Positions 53,126 through 61,832 of a stretch of DNA of 64,000 nt are shown here, one piece after another (within the stretch, counting starts at the first letter, position 1; each line of letters begins with the position of its first letter). Source of the stretch: Candidatus Micrarchaeota archaeon (GTDB lineage Archaea > Micrarchaeota > Micrarchaeia > Micrarchaeales > Micrarchaeaceae); assembly GCA_021818545.1 (NCBI GenBank), contig JAKATX010000001.1:47061-111060 (forward strand), in the 5' to 3' direction. Position numbers and translations under genes: made by a program. Under the pieces are notes generated by a model, which did not search any database, had not been told where the DNA came from, and saw only the letters and a program-made list of their open reading frames with translations.

Positions 53126-56100
53126 ATGGATAATAAGGAATACTTTGCGCTGCTGTCGGAAAAATTTGACGATGCTTACAAGGTAGCCGAGGAAGCCAGG
53201 AGCAAGGGTTATGACCCGGAATTGCATGTCGAGGTGAAACCTGCGCCAGATTTGGCGACAAGGGTAGAAGGTATAATAGGCATAAGCGGACTTGCAGACT
53301 TGATACGGACAAAAAATGCCAAGTCCAGGCAGGAGCTCTCATTCGCAATGGTTAAAGAGGTATGCACCAACGCGCGCTTTGATATGAATATAAAGGCAAG
53401 GCTGACATTGGCCGTAAGGGTAGGGCTGTCCGTCCTTACCGAGGGCATACTGGTTGCGCCCACAGAAGGAATGCAGGGCATAGAGCTCCACAAGAATCAG
53501 GATGGTTCTGATTATATATCGGTTATGTATGCTGGACCCATAAGGGGTGCGGGCGGCACGAGTGCAGCGCTTTCTGTGGCCCTGGCTGACCATGCAAGGA
53601 AGATACTTGGCATAGGGGTTTACAAGGCGCAGCAGACGGAGATAGAACGCTATCTTGAAGAGATAATGCTTTACCATTCTAGGGTAGCCAGGCTGCAATA
53701 CCTTCCAAGCGAGGATGATATACGCGTAATACTGCAAAACTGCCCGGTATGCGTGGACGGGGTTCCGACAGAAGACATGGAAATAGGCATACACAGGAAT
53801 GTGAAGCGCTTGGACGCTAATGGGAAGCCCCAAATGATAACTAATAAGATACGCGGAGGTGTCGGCCTGGTGCTTTGCGAGGGAATAGCCCAAAAGGCGA
53901 AGAGCGTACTGAAGTACACGAAGGCAGTGGACTTGAACTGGACATGGTTGAATAACCTGATAAAAGTGGACAAGATGCCTTCTACCATCGATAGGGTGGA
54001 ATCAAAGAAGGAAGCAGTATTCTTACAGGAGCTCGTAGCCGGAAGACCGGTGCTTGCATATCCTGATTATCCTGGCAGCTTCAGGCTCAGGTATGGAAGG
54101 TCAAGGCTGACAGGGATAGCCGCAAAGGGATTCAGCCCGGCCACCATGCTGTTGCTAGAAGGGTTCATAGCTTCCGGCACACAGCTAAAAGTAGAGAAGC
54201 CCGGGAAGGGCTGCATCGGCATGCCCGTTGATTCTATAGAAGGCCCGTTCGTCAAGCTCGTTTCTGGCGAGGCATTCAGGGTAAACACGGCAGCCAAGGC
54301 AATCGAGATAAAGGATGACATAGCTAAGATATTGGCAGTGGGCGACATACTGGTCACGTATGGTGACTTCAAGAAAACCAACACGCCGCTGCAACCCACA
54401 AGTTACGTAGAGGAATACTGGTTCGAAGAACTGCTTGCAGCAGGTTATAAAGGGGATATGCCAGAGGTCAATACTTTCGGGCAGGCGTTGGAGCTGTCTA
54501 AATCTTATGGCATACCAATGCACCCGCTTTTCACTTACGAATATCAGGACGTAAGCATTGGGGAATTGGGCGCCATAGCGAAAGAAGCTGCAAAAAGCGC
54601 TTCGAAGGTTAAGAATGTAGCTTCGCTAGAATCGCTGGAGCTCGGACCAATGGAAGGTGGTATTGAAAAGATAAGGGCGCCTATAGAGCGCCTTTGCATA
54701 CCTCATTTTGACAACGGACAAAGCATATTGGTAAAGGGTGATTGCGCCAGGAGCCTCGTGATGACATTGGGACTGTTGGACGCAAATGGGGATTTTATAG
54801 GAAGTGACAAGGCATTGGAAGGTTACAACTCTGCATTGGATACCATCGAAGCCATAAACAAAGTTTCTCCGTTCAGCATCAGGAGAAGGTCAACAAGGGT
54901 GGGTGGCAGGATAGGCAGGCCGGAAAAGGCCAGGGAAAGGCTGATGAAACCCGCGCCGCACATACTATTCCCTGTAGGCGAGTTCGGTGGCAAGGAGCGC
55001 AGCATTTACAAGGCATACGTTGAGGACAGAAAGCGCTTCGGAGTGCCCAAGATAGAGGCGGACATGCCGCGATACGTGTGCCAAGTAGGCGGCGAAGCGA
55101 CCGAGTTGGTCTTCTGCCCCACGCACAACTGCAGGGCAAGGATCGAGAGGATTTGCAAGACATGCAACAGGAAGGGTTGGGCGGAGATATGCGAAAGTTG
55201 CGGCGGCAAGACATCCGGCCACGAACCAAAGAAGGTAGACTTGGTGGCAAGCATTGAAAGGGCGCTAAGTAATTTGGGGGTGCAAAGCCTGCCGAAGACA
55301 TTCAAGGGGGTGAAAGGGCTTTCCAGCCTAGACAAGCTCCCTGAGGCGCTTGAGAAAGGCATACTCAGAGGGATGTTTGGCGTCTATATATTCAAAGACG
55401 GCACAGCAAGATTCGATGCCACTGACGCGCCGATAACGCATTTTTACCCTATAGAGATCGGAACGAGCGTGGAGAAGTTGCGGGAACTTGGGTATACCAC
55501 GGATTGCTATGGCAAGCCGCTTGAACGAGACGACCAACTCGTCGAACTCAAGCACCAGGACACCATAATCAATAGGGGCGGCGCGGCCTACATGCTCAAT
55601 GTCGCAAAGTTCATCGACGCGCTCTTGATCCGCTATTACAAAATGAAGCCATTTTACGGCGTTGATTCCATAGATGGCCTTGTAGGGCATTTTGTGGTTT
55701 CGCTATCCCCGCACACTTCTGCAGGGGTCTTGGGCAGGATAATAGGCTTCACCGATGCGAACATCGGGTTGGCACATCCTTACGTTATATGTGCCAGGAG
55801 AAGAAACTGCGACGGTGATGAGGATACGGTTATGCTGCTTCTGGATATGCTGATAAACTTCTCTAGGAGGTATCTCCCGACAACAGTTGGCGGCACTATG
55901 GATGCACCATTGATACTTACTGTACATGTTGCGCCCGAGGAAGTCGACGATGAAGTGCACAGCATGGAAGTTGTACGAAAATATGGCCTTGAATTTTACA
56001 AGAAGACGATGAGTTACGCCTCGCCGGGAGAAGTTTCCATAGAGCTAGTTTCCGATAGGCTCAACAAGGAGAACATCTTTTATGACGTAGGGTTCACCCA

Positions 56101-56578
56101 TGCAAGCAGCCCGACTGTTCTGGGTGATGCACCCAAAAAAAGCACGTACACTAAACTGAAGACAATGCACGAGAAAGTAGACATGCAGTTCAAGCTGGCA
56201 GACAAGCTTGCATGCGTGAACAAAACTGACACTGCCAGAAGGCTTATATTGAGCCACTTCATACCGGATTTGATGGGCAACCTTCATTCCTACTCAAAAC
56301 AGACATTCAGATGCGTATCATGCAATGCGAAGTACAGGAGGGTGCCTCTCATAGGAAAGTGCACGAAGTGCAAAGGGAAGTTATTATTGACGATAAACAA
56401 GGGCGGCATAGAGAAGTACCTCGGAATGGCAATAAACTTGGGAGACAGGTATGATGTCGAGCCGTATATAAAGCAGAGGCTTGCTTTGCTGAAAGACGAG
56501 ATAGAACAAATTTTTGGCGGGCTTGGCAGCGTTGGCGAGTTTGGCACAAAGCAGTTCAACCTATCAAAGTTCATGTGA
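53126..56578 (+). CDS. dp2: DNA polymerase D (Pol II) large catalytic subunit DP2
   Basis: 1,150 aa with conserved DP2 blocks (GPIRGAGGTSAA, NCDGDEDT) and several Cys4 clusters. No intein is apparent. The start is placed at ATG 53126. Confidence 0.95.
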   Translation: MDNKEYFALLSEKFDDAYKVAEEARSKGYDPELHVEVKPAPDLATRVEGIIGISGLADLIRTKNAKSRQELSFAMVKEVCTNARFDMNIKARLTLAVRVGLSVLTEGILVAPTEGMQGIELHKNQDGSDYISVMYAGPIRGAGGTSAALSVALADHARKILGIGVYKAQQTEIERYLEEIMLYHSRVARLQYLPSEDDIRVILQNCPVCVDGVPTEDMEIGIHRNVKRLDANGKPQMITNKIRGGVGLVLCEGIAQKAKSVLKYTKAVDLNWTWLNNLIKVDKMPSTIDRVESKKEAVFLQELVAGRPVLAYPDYPGSFRLRYGRSRLTGIAAKGFSPATMLLLEGFIASGTQLKVEKPGKGCIGMPVDSIEGPFVKLVSGEAFRVNTAAKAIEIKDDIAKILAVGDILVTYGDFKKTNTPLQPTSYVEEYWFEELLAAGYKGDMPEVNTFGQALELSKSYGIPMHPLFTYEYQDVSIGELGAIAKEAAKSASKVKNVASLESLELGPMEGGIEKIRAPIERLCIPHFDNGQSILVKGDCARSLVMTLGLLDANGDFIGSDKALEGYNSALDTIEAINKVSPFSIRRRSTRVGGRIGRPEKARERLMKPAPHILFPVGEFGGKERSIYKAYVEDRKRFGVPKIEADMPRYVCQVGGEATELVFCPTHNCRARIERICKTCNRKGWAEICESCGGKTSGHEPKKVDLVASIERALSNLGVQSLPKTFKGVKGLSSLDKLPEALEKGILRGMFGVYIFKDGTARFDATDAPITHFYPIEIGTSVEKLRELGYTTDCYGKPLERDDQLVELKHQDTIINRGGAAYMLNVAKFIDALLIRYYKMKPFYGVDSIDGLVGHFVVSLSPHTSAGVLGRIIGFTDANIGLAHPYVICARRRNCDGDEDTVMLLLDMLINFSRRYLPTTVGGTMDAPLILTVHVAPEEVDDEVHSMEVVRKYGLEFYKKTMSYASPGEVSIELVSDRLNKENIFYDVGFTHASSPTVLGDAPKKSTYTKLKTMHEKVDMQFKLADKLACVNKTDTARRLILSHFIPDLMGNLHSYSKQTFRCVSCNAKYRRVPLIGKCTKCKGKLLLTINKGGIEKYLGMAINLGDRYDVEPYIKQRLALLKDEIEQIFGGLGSVGEFGTKQFNLSKFM

Positions 56579-56675
56579 ACTACGGCCATATGCTTCAGAT
56601 GCAGCATTTACACGGCTTTCTGCACTTCTAATAAGGATTAAATATGTTGAATTTGATAGCTTATGGGTATTGCAT

Positions 56676-57548
56676 ATGACGCTAATAGCATTGATACCGT
56701 ATAAAGATGGCATACTATCCGTATCAGACAGTATGTGCAATTACTATCCTGCAAAATACAGCAACGTAGATGAATTCGAAAGCGAGGTTTACACTAAACA
56801 GGTAAGAAAGAGCTTCGTCTCTAAAGATGGCAATGTTGTTGTATCAATGGCAGGCACCTCAATAGATGTTGCAGGCATGGCCGCAAGGATGGTCATTGAC
56901 AATGCAGCAAATCTTGAAGAGGGTGACATAAAGACACTTAGGGACGACCTTGTTTCTATGGTGCAGCATATAAACGACAGCTATGGCTATGCATGGGCAT
57001 ATTATAAGGCAGGCATGTTATGCGCCGTAAATAGGACGAATGGAAAAATCGAACCGCTCATGATAATGCTTGATTCCGACAATGTAGAGATATATTCGGC
57101 AAAAGGCAAAAACTTCGATGATGTTGGATGTGCAATCGGTGTGCCTAGCAATGAAAAAGACGCGCTCAAGGAATTGATAAAGGCGCATGCACCAAAACGC
57201 TCTGACAGGACCCTGGAAGATGCGATGGCGATCGGCATTATGCTGGAGAACATTTATATAAACAAGAAACTTCCAGAAAGGACGATGGCAGGTAAGGCTT
57301 ACATATTCCAAGTTGGTGCACCTATAAGAATGGAAGCCGTGAGCAAAAACGGCCAGACCAATCTGGTAGTTAGCGAGAATGATTCCAAAGTGCTTTACAA
57401 CAGGAATTTCGATTCGATTAGGGCGTTCGTTGCCGAGAAGCTGAAAAAAGAGGAAAAAACTGAGGATACGGCCCAGATAAAGACGTTCGTTAGGAACACC
57501 GGCGAGAAGCATGAGCACGAAAAGAAGCTGAGCAAGAACAGCAGGTAA
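56676..57548 (+). CDS. Divergent proteasome-beta/HslV-like Ntn hydrolase (290 aa) with no propeptide and a charged C-terminal extension
   Basis: The N-terminus MTLIALIPYKDGILSVSDS parallels TT(V/I)(V/L)A(L/I)xYKDGVVLAADxR (Thr1, Asp17). KSF...VVVSMAGTSIDVAGMAARM parallels K33...AGxxAD. GCAIGVPSNE...LEDAMAIGIMLE parallels AIGSG...eeA. The ORF extension upstream of 56676 overlaps dp2 and is rejected. Confidence 0.55.
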   Translation: MTLIALIPYKDGILSVSDSMCNYYPAKYSNVDEFESEVYTKQVRKSFVSKDGNVVVSMAGTSIDVAGMAARMVIDNAANLEEGDIKTLRDDLVSMVQHINDSYGYAWAYYKAGMLCAVNRTNGKIEPLMIMLDSDNVEIYSAKGKNFDDVGCAIGVPSNEKDALKELIKAHAPKRSDRTLEDAMAIGIMLENIYINKKLPERTMAGKAYIFQVGAPIRMEAVSKNGQTNLVVSENDSKVLYNRNFDSIRAFVAEKLKKEEKTEDTAQIKTFVRNTGEKHEHEKKLSKNSR

Positions 57549-57584
57549 TGCTCGGCAGCCCTTCTAATAAATTATGCTTGCCTT

Positions 57585-59321
57585 TTATTTGCGTGAGGCG
57601 AGCATTTTTTCCATACGCCTTGCATCTACCGAATTGAATACCCTATCCTTAGTCAGCCACCCTCTCCTTGCCATGCCAACGCCATACTTAAGGAACCCGA
57701 AATGCATTGTGCTGTGCGAATCAGAATCTACCGAGAATTTCACCTTGTATTTTGAAGCGGACATTATGTTGGTGTCATTCAGGTCGAGCCTGCCAGGAAA
57801 TGCATCGATCTCCAGCGCAACACCATTGTCCTCTGCGGATTCTGCAACTTTATCGAGATTCAGCTGATACGGCTCCCTGCCGTTTACCTCTCTGCCGGTA
57901 GGATGGCCCAGAATTGTTACAAGGCCCGTGCCCAAAGCCGTTGTTATGCGCTTGGTCATCTCAGTCTCCGGCATCTTAAAAAGCGAGTGCACAGAACCTA
58001 TCACGCAGTCCATCTGCCTTATGGTAGAAGGCTGCAGGTCCAATGAACCATCCTTCAGTATGTCCACCTCACCGCCTTTGAATATCCTGAGCTTGCCATC
58101 CAATTTCTCATTCATCTCGTCAACTTTCTTGAAGAAGCTGATGAACTGCTTGTCGTTCATTCCGTGCGCCACTTTGAGGCTCTTCGTGTGATTTGTAACC
58201 GCAATGTATTGGAGATGTGCTTTTATGGCTGCGGTAGCCATTTCCTCCATGGTGTTGGTGCCATCGGTCTCCTTCGTATGCGTGTGCATATCGCCAAATA
58301 TGTCATCTAACTCTACAATAGTAGGTATCTTGTGCTCCAACGCAAGCTTCACTTCGCCCCTCGCTTCCCGCATTTCTGGAGGGACCAATTGCATGCCAAG
58401 CGCTTCGTATATGTCCGCCTCGTCCTTGCTTGATACGAGCTTGTCTTTCTTATCGAATAGGCCGTATTCATTGAGCTTGTATCCCTTCTTCACCGCTATC
58501 TGCCTGACCTGCACATTGTGGTCTTTGCTTCCAGTGAAGTATTGCAGGGCAGCCCCGAAGCTATCCGGCTCTATCACCCTGAGGTCGCAGCTCAACCCCA
58601 CCTTAAGCCAGACGGTGGTCTTTGTTGGGCCGCTCACTATTATGCGCTCTACTGCAGGCAGCTTGGCGAAGAAGTCCATCACCTTGGATGGAGCGTTTGA
58701 CGTAGCCAATATGTCTATGTCGCCTACGGTATCCCTCATGCGCCTTGCGGAGCCCGCTATAAGCACTTTGTCCACAAGTCCGCTTTTTGACAGCGCGCTT
58801 ACTATCCCTTCTGCCTCTGGCACGGCGTCGCCCAGGAGCAGCCTTCCTTTGCTTGACTCCCTCATTTGTAGCCCAGCCTCAAGCAGTTCCTCGCGTTTGG
58901 CCCCGAATCCAGGCAGATCCCTTACTTTATGGGATTGCACGGCCTTCTTAAGGTCCTCTATGTTCCTTACGCCAAGGGCCCTGTACAGCGCGACTGCAGT
59001 TTTAGGGCCAAGCCCCTGCACCGAAGTCAGATCTGCCATCTGTATTGGATATTTGAGCTTGAGCTTTTCGAGCCTAGATATCTTGCCTGTATTTACGTAT
59101 TCCTCTATCTTATCAGCCAGGCCCTTGCCAACGCCGGGAATCGTCATTAGTGCATCATGGCCGCCAGCGGCGTACATCTGCTCTATCGGCTCCTGCAGCG
59201 CCCCTATAGCCAAAGCGGCCTTCTTGTACGCCCTGACCTCGAACCTTGAGTCAGGTGTCTCATCGACGCTGATTAGGTCTGCTATCTCATCGAATATGTC
59301 AGCCAATATCTTGTTGCTCAT
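57585..59321 (-). CDS. polX: Family X DNA polymerase with a C-terminal PHP phosphoesterase domain (PolX)
   Basis: Pol-beta-like N-terminus (ILADIFDEIADLI...FEVRAYKKAA), HhH motifs, GSARRMRDTVGDIDIL, and PHP motifs GDMHTHT and HP. Confidence 0.9.
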   Translation of the reverse strand: MSNKILADIFDEIADLISVDETPDSRFEVRAYKKAALAIGALQEPIEQMYAAGGHDALMTIPGVGKGLADKIEEYVNTGKISRLEKLKLKYPIQMADLTSVQGLGPKTAVALYRALGVRNIEDLKKAVQSHKVRDLPGFGAKREELLEAGLQMRESSKGRLLLGDAVPEAEGIVSALSKSGLVDKVLIAGSARRMRDTVGDIDILATSNAPSKVMDFFAKLPAVERIIVSGPTKTTVWLKVGLSCDLRVIEPDSFGAALQYFTGSKDHNVQVRQIAVKKGYKLNEYGLFDKKDKLVSSKDEADIYEALGMQLVPPEMREARGEVKLALEHKIPTIVELDDIFGDMHTHTKETDGTNTMEEMATAAIKAHLQYIAVTNHTKSLKVAHGMNDKQFISFFKKVDEMNEKLDGKLRIFKGGEVDILKDGSLDLQPSTIRQMDCVIGSVHSLFKMPETEMTKRITTALGTGLVTILGHPTGREVNGREPYQLNLDKVAESAEDNGVALEIDAFPGRLDLNDTNIMSASKYKVKFSVDSDSHSTMHFGFLKYGVGMARRGWLTKDRVFNSVDARRMEKMLASRK

Positions 59322-59388
59322 GCTGCCCAGCCCGACCGACCGTTAGTATCTTAGTCGATATTTTATCACTTTGCTTCTATATTTATAT

Positions 59389-60006
59389 ATGCCTGAAGAC
59401 GAAGGAGCCGGAAAACCGCGTGAGCAGGACATCCAGAAGGATTACGAGAGGCTGGAAAAACTTAGCCGGGTATACCTTGCGATTATATCCAGGTACACCG
59501 ATTACATAGAGGACAAGGAGAGCATCTCGGTAGCGGAACTGCCAATCCTAATAACGCCGAAGGACAGGCTGGTTGCAAGGCTGGCCGAGGAGATAATGCA
59601 CTCTTTCCCCCAGTATGAATACGACAGGGACTTCGGTGAGGCGAGCATGAAGGTGTTCTCATTCGTTAAGGATAATGTTGAGAACATAGTACTGCCGCTG
59701 CAGTTCTGGCTTAGCGTAGAGGAGGTGCTTACTTTCATGGTAGGGGATGTGATGGACAAGAACATACTGCTATGCAGCGTTTTGATAAGCCTTGGGAACC
59801 CGTCTGCAAAAGTGCTTGCAGTAGTGAAGGACGGAGTCCAGAGGATACTCGTATATTACGAACTTGCAGGCAAGCTGCGCGCCTTTGAATTCAATAAGGG
59901 CGCTGCTGAATTTGCCAATTTTGAAGAACTGAAGGGTTATGTTGCTATAGACGACGATTCAACTGCCTATGAATTCAATGACAAGATGTATGTAGACATA
60001 AGCTGA
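59389..60006 (+). CDS. Hypothetical protein, possibly an inactivated transglutaminase-like fold
   Basis: VGDVMDKNILLCSVLISLGNPSAKVLAV resembles the TGase-core helix but lacks the GxC catalytic Cys position. A TATA-like gatattttatc lies ~25 nt upstream of ATG 59389. Confidence 0.35.
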   Translation: MPEDEGAGKPREQDIQKDYERLEKLSRVYLAIISRYTDYIEDKESISVAELPILITPKDRLVARLAEEIMHSFPQYEYDRDFGEASMKVFSFVKDNVENIVLPLQFWLSVEEVLTFMVGDVMDKNILLCSVLISLGNPSAKVLAVVKDGVQRILVYYELAGKLRAFEFNKGAAEFANFEELKGYVAIDDDSTAYEFNDKMYVDIS

Positions 60007-60020
60007 TTTGTTTTGCGTAT

Positions 60021-60134
60021 TCAGCGTGCAGAGGACTTGAACTTCTTGCGATGCGCTTTGCGCAACCTCTTCAGTTTCTGCATTCTATACTTGTGGCCTA
60101 TCTTCTTTTTTGATTTTGATACGGTTCTCTGCAT
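60021..60134 (-). CDS. Unlisted 37-aa highly basic ORF (MQRTVSKSKKKIGHKYRMQKLKRLRKAHRKKFKSSAR), possibly an eL41-like ribosomal or other RNA-binding micro-protein
   Basis: Hand translation of the minus strand. It lies 18 nt downstream of hsp20, in the same orientation. The KYRMQKLKRLRKAHRKK segment resembles the eL41 motif KWRKKRMRRLKRKRRK. Confidence 0.3.
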   Translation of the reverse strand: MQRTVSKSKKKIGHKYRMQKLKRLRKAHRKKFKSSAR

Positions 60135-60152
60135 AATATCACTAATCGAACA

Positions 60153-60722
60153 TTAGCTTATCATTATCGCGTTTGCCTCGCCGCTGCCCTTCTCGAACGA
60201 TACTTCCAGAACGCCGTTATTGTATTTGGCCTTTGCAGTTTCAGGATTTACGCCTTTAGGTAGCAGTATCTCTTTATGATAGCTCCTATTTATGCTTTTG
60301 GCATCTATCTTTAGCCTTGATTCCGAAGATTCGAGCTTTATCTGCTCCTTCGAGACGCCAGGAAGCTCCACTATTACAGTTATGCCGCCGCCCACTTCCA
60401 TTATGTCCACCAGAGGTTCGCGCTCCGCCGCCTTGCGCGGTATGGAAGTCATAGTCTGCCTGTTGATGTTGCCGAACCTGTCCATCATAGGTACGCCATT
60501 CTGGTCAATCCTTATGTTGAACCCGTATATCATCGGCTGCTTTGACCCTCCCATATCCTCTATGCTCTTGGTGACGTCCTTTATGAATTTCGCCATGAAA
60601 GCATTAAGTTCGGTGTAGCTCTCTGGCTGTTCGTCATTTGCACCTTTCTTTTTCCTACCTTTTGGCACTTCATCACCGTAATCCTTAATATCTGGTTTAA
60701 AGGATTTATACTTTTGTGACAT
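60153..60722 (-). CDS. hsp20: Small heat-shock protein (Hsp20/alpha-crystallin family)
   Basis: Alpha-crystallin domain PLVDIMEVGGGITVIVELPGVSKEQIKL...YHKEILLPKGVNPETAKAKYNNGVLEVSFEK. Confidence 0.9.
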   Translation of the reverse strand: MSQKYKSFKPDIKDYGDEVPKGRKKKGANDEQPESYTELNAFMAKFIKDVTKSIEDMGGSKQPMIYGFNIRIDQNGVPMMDRFGNINRQTMTSIPRKAAEREPLVDIMEVGGGITVIVELPGVSKEQIKLESSESRLKIDAKSINRSYHKEILLPKGVNPETAKAKYNNGVLEVSFEKGSGEANAIMIS

Positions 60723-60763
60723 CCTCCCACCCGTGAATGGTGTTGGATTTCCAGCTCACTTTG
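60716..60763 (-). mobile_element. 48-nt solo IS-end element (left end fused to right end of the 28427-29780 IS, sharing one hairpin), located 3' of a TTAA and filling the fen1-hsp20 spacer
   Basis: The minus strand reads TTAA|CAAAGTGAGCTGGAAATCCAACACCATTCACGGGTGGGAGGATGTCAC. The first 39 nt match the IS left end at 36/39. The last 31 nt match the IS right end at 28/31, and the final 21 nt are identical. Confidence 0.75.
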
Positions 60764-60770
60764 TTAAATG

Positions 60771-61823
60771 CTACTTAAACCAGTTGTCAATGCTCGGCTG
60801 ATGCGCCTTTGTCCTGGTCTCCATTGTCCTGTTAACTATCTTCTCTATGCGTTCATTAGAGAAGTCATGTTCGTCGCACATGAACCTCAATATGCCTTCT
60901 TTGTCCGGTTGCAGCTTCGCAGCGTCGCGCACAAAGTCTTCCCCGACATCCACCACCTCTGGCTTCTCGAATAGTGAAACTACCTCGCTTATGTCCAGCT
61001 CGAACTCTGCATTGAACTTTTCCTTAACGATACGCTTTACATCAGAGATCGAACTCGACAGCTTGGCGAACTTGAGCGCGGTCTTCGGGCCCACCCCCTT
61101 TATGCCCTCGTTGAAATCCGTGCCAAGCATTATGCCGATCCATATCAGCTGCTCCCTGCTGACGCCGAGATTGCTCAGGGTGTCTTCAAGGCTGACAAGC
61201 TCCGGCTCCACTGTCACGTATATGTTCTTCCTTGGGAGCTTCCTCCTCCCGCTTATCGACAGGTTCCTGACGACCTTGGGCGAGCCGAAAAGCATCGTGT
61301 CGTAATCCTGGCTGGCAGCCGCGTATATGAGTCCCTTGCTGCACATGTAGCTGGCCTGCGCTTCGCCTTCGCTTGGCGCGTTTACGCACTGCACACCCAT
61401 CAGTCCAAGAAGGCGCTTCGAGCTCTCGACCACGTTCTTGTCTATCCTTGTGCTCGCCTGGGCATGCACCCTCGCGGCTTCGACCTCCCCCGCGTCCTTC
61501 GCTTCCTGCCAGGCAGCATATGCGGCCTTTCGCCTCTGCATCCTCGCCATTATGGTCTTCTGCTTAAGCATAGAAGGTATGCCGTCGAAAACGTATATAG
61601 GGGTTATCCCATATTCGAAAAGCTCGGAAGTCCTGTAGAACAGCCCGGAAAGGTGGCTGGTGAGGTTGCCATGTGGATCGGTGAGCGGGGTGCCATCCTG
61701 CTGCCTTATTATTGAAAGGAACTGGTATATGGCGTTGTACGCATCTATCGCTATGGTCTTGTTGTTAAGTTCTGTGAGGCTTATCTTCCTCTTCGAGATG
61801 AGCTTGCTCAAATCAACAGACAT
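60771..61823 (-). CDS. fen: Flap endonuclease FEN1
   Basis: N domain IAIDAYNAIYQFLS, I domain, H3TH GVGPKTALK, and a C-terminal PIP-like QPSIDNWF. Confidence 0.95.
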   Translation of the reverse strand: MSVDLSKLISKRKISLTELNNKTIAIDAYNAIYQFLSIIRQQDGTPLTDPHGNLTSHLSGLFYRTSELFEYGITPIYVFDGIPSMLKQKTIMARMQRRKAAYAAWQEAKDAGEVEAARVHAQASTRIDKNVVESSKRLLGLMGVQCVNAPSEGEAQASYMCSKGLIYAAASQDYDTMLFGSPKVVRNLSISGRRKLPRKNIYVTVEPELVSLEDTLSNLGVSREQLIWIGIMLGTDFNEGIKGVGPKTALKFAKLSSSISDVKRIVKEKFNAEFELDISEVVSLFEKPEVVDVGEDFVRDAAKLQPDKEGILRFMCDEHDFSNERIEKIVNRTMETRTKAHQPSIDNWFK

Positions 61824-61832
61824 CAGAAAAAC

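Noticed and set aside
56514-56675. An N-terminal extension of the Ntn-hydrolase ORF, plus similar extensions at 40923-41057, 47312-47413, 62286-62381, 53102-53125 and 51190-51234.
   Set aside because: These extensions overlap upstream genes, a tRNA or promoter elements. Downstream ATGs give family-typical N-termini.
58204-59346. A 380-aa ORF on the + strand.
   Set aside because: It is entirely antisense to the PolX gene, which has unmistakable Pol-beta and PHP motifs. Its translation is a Ser/Leu-rich low-complexity product typical of antisense frames.
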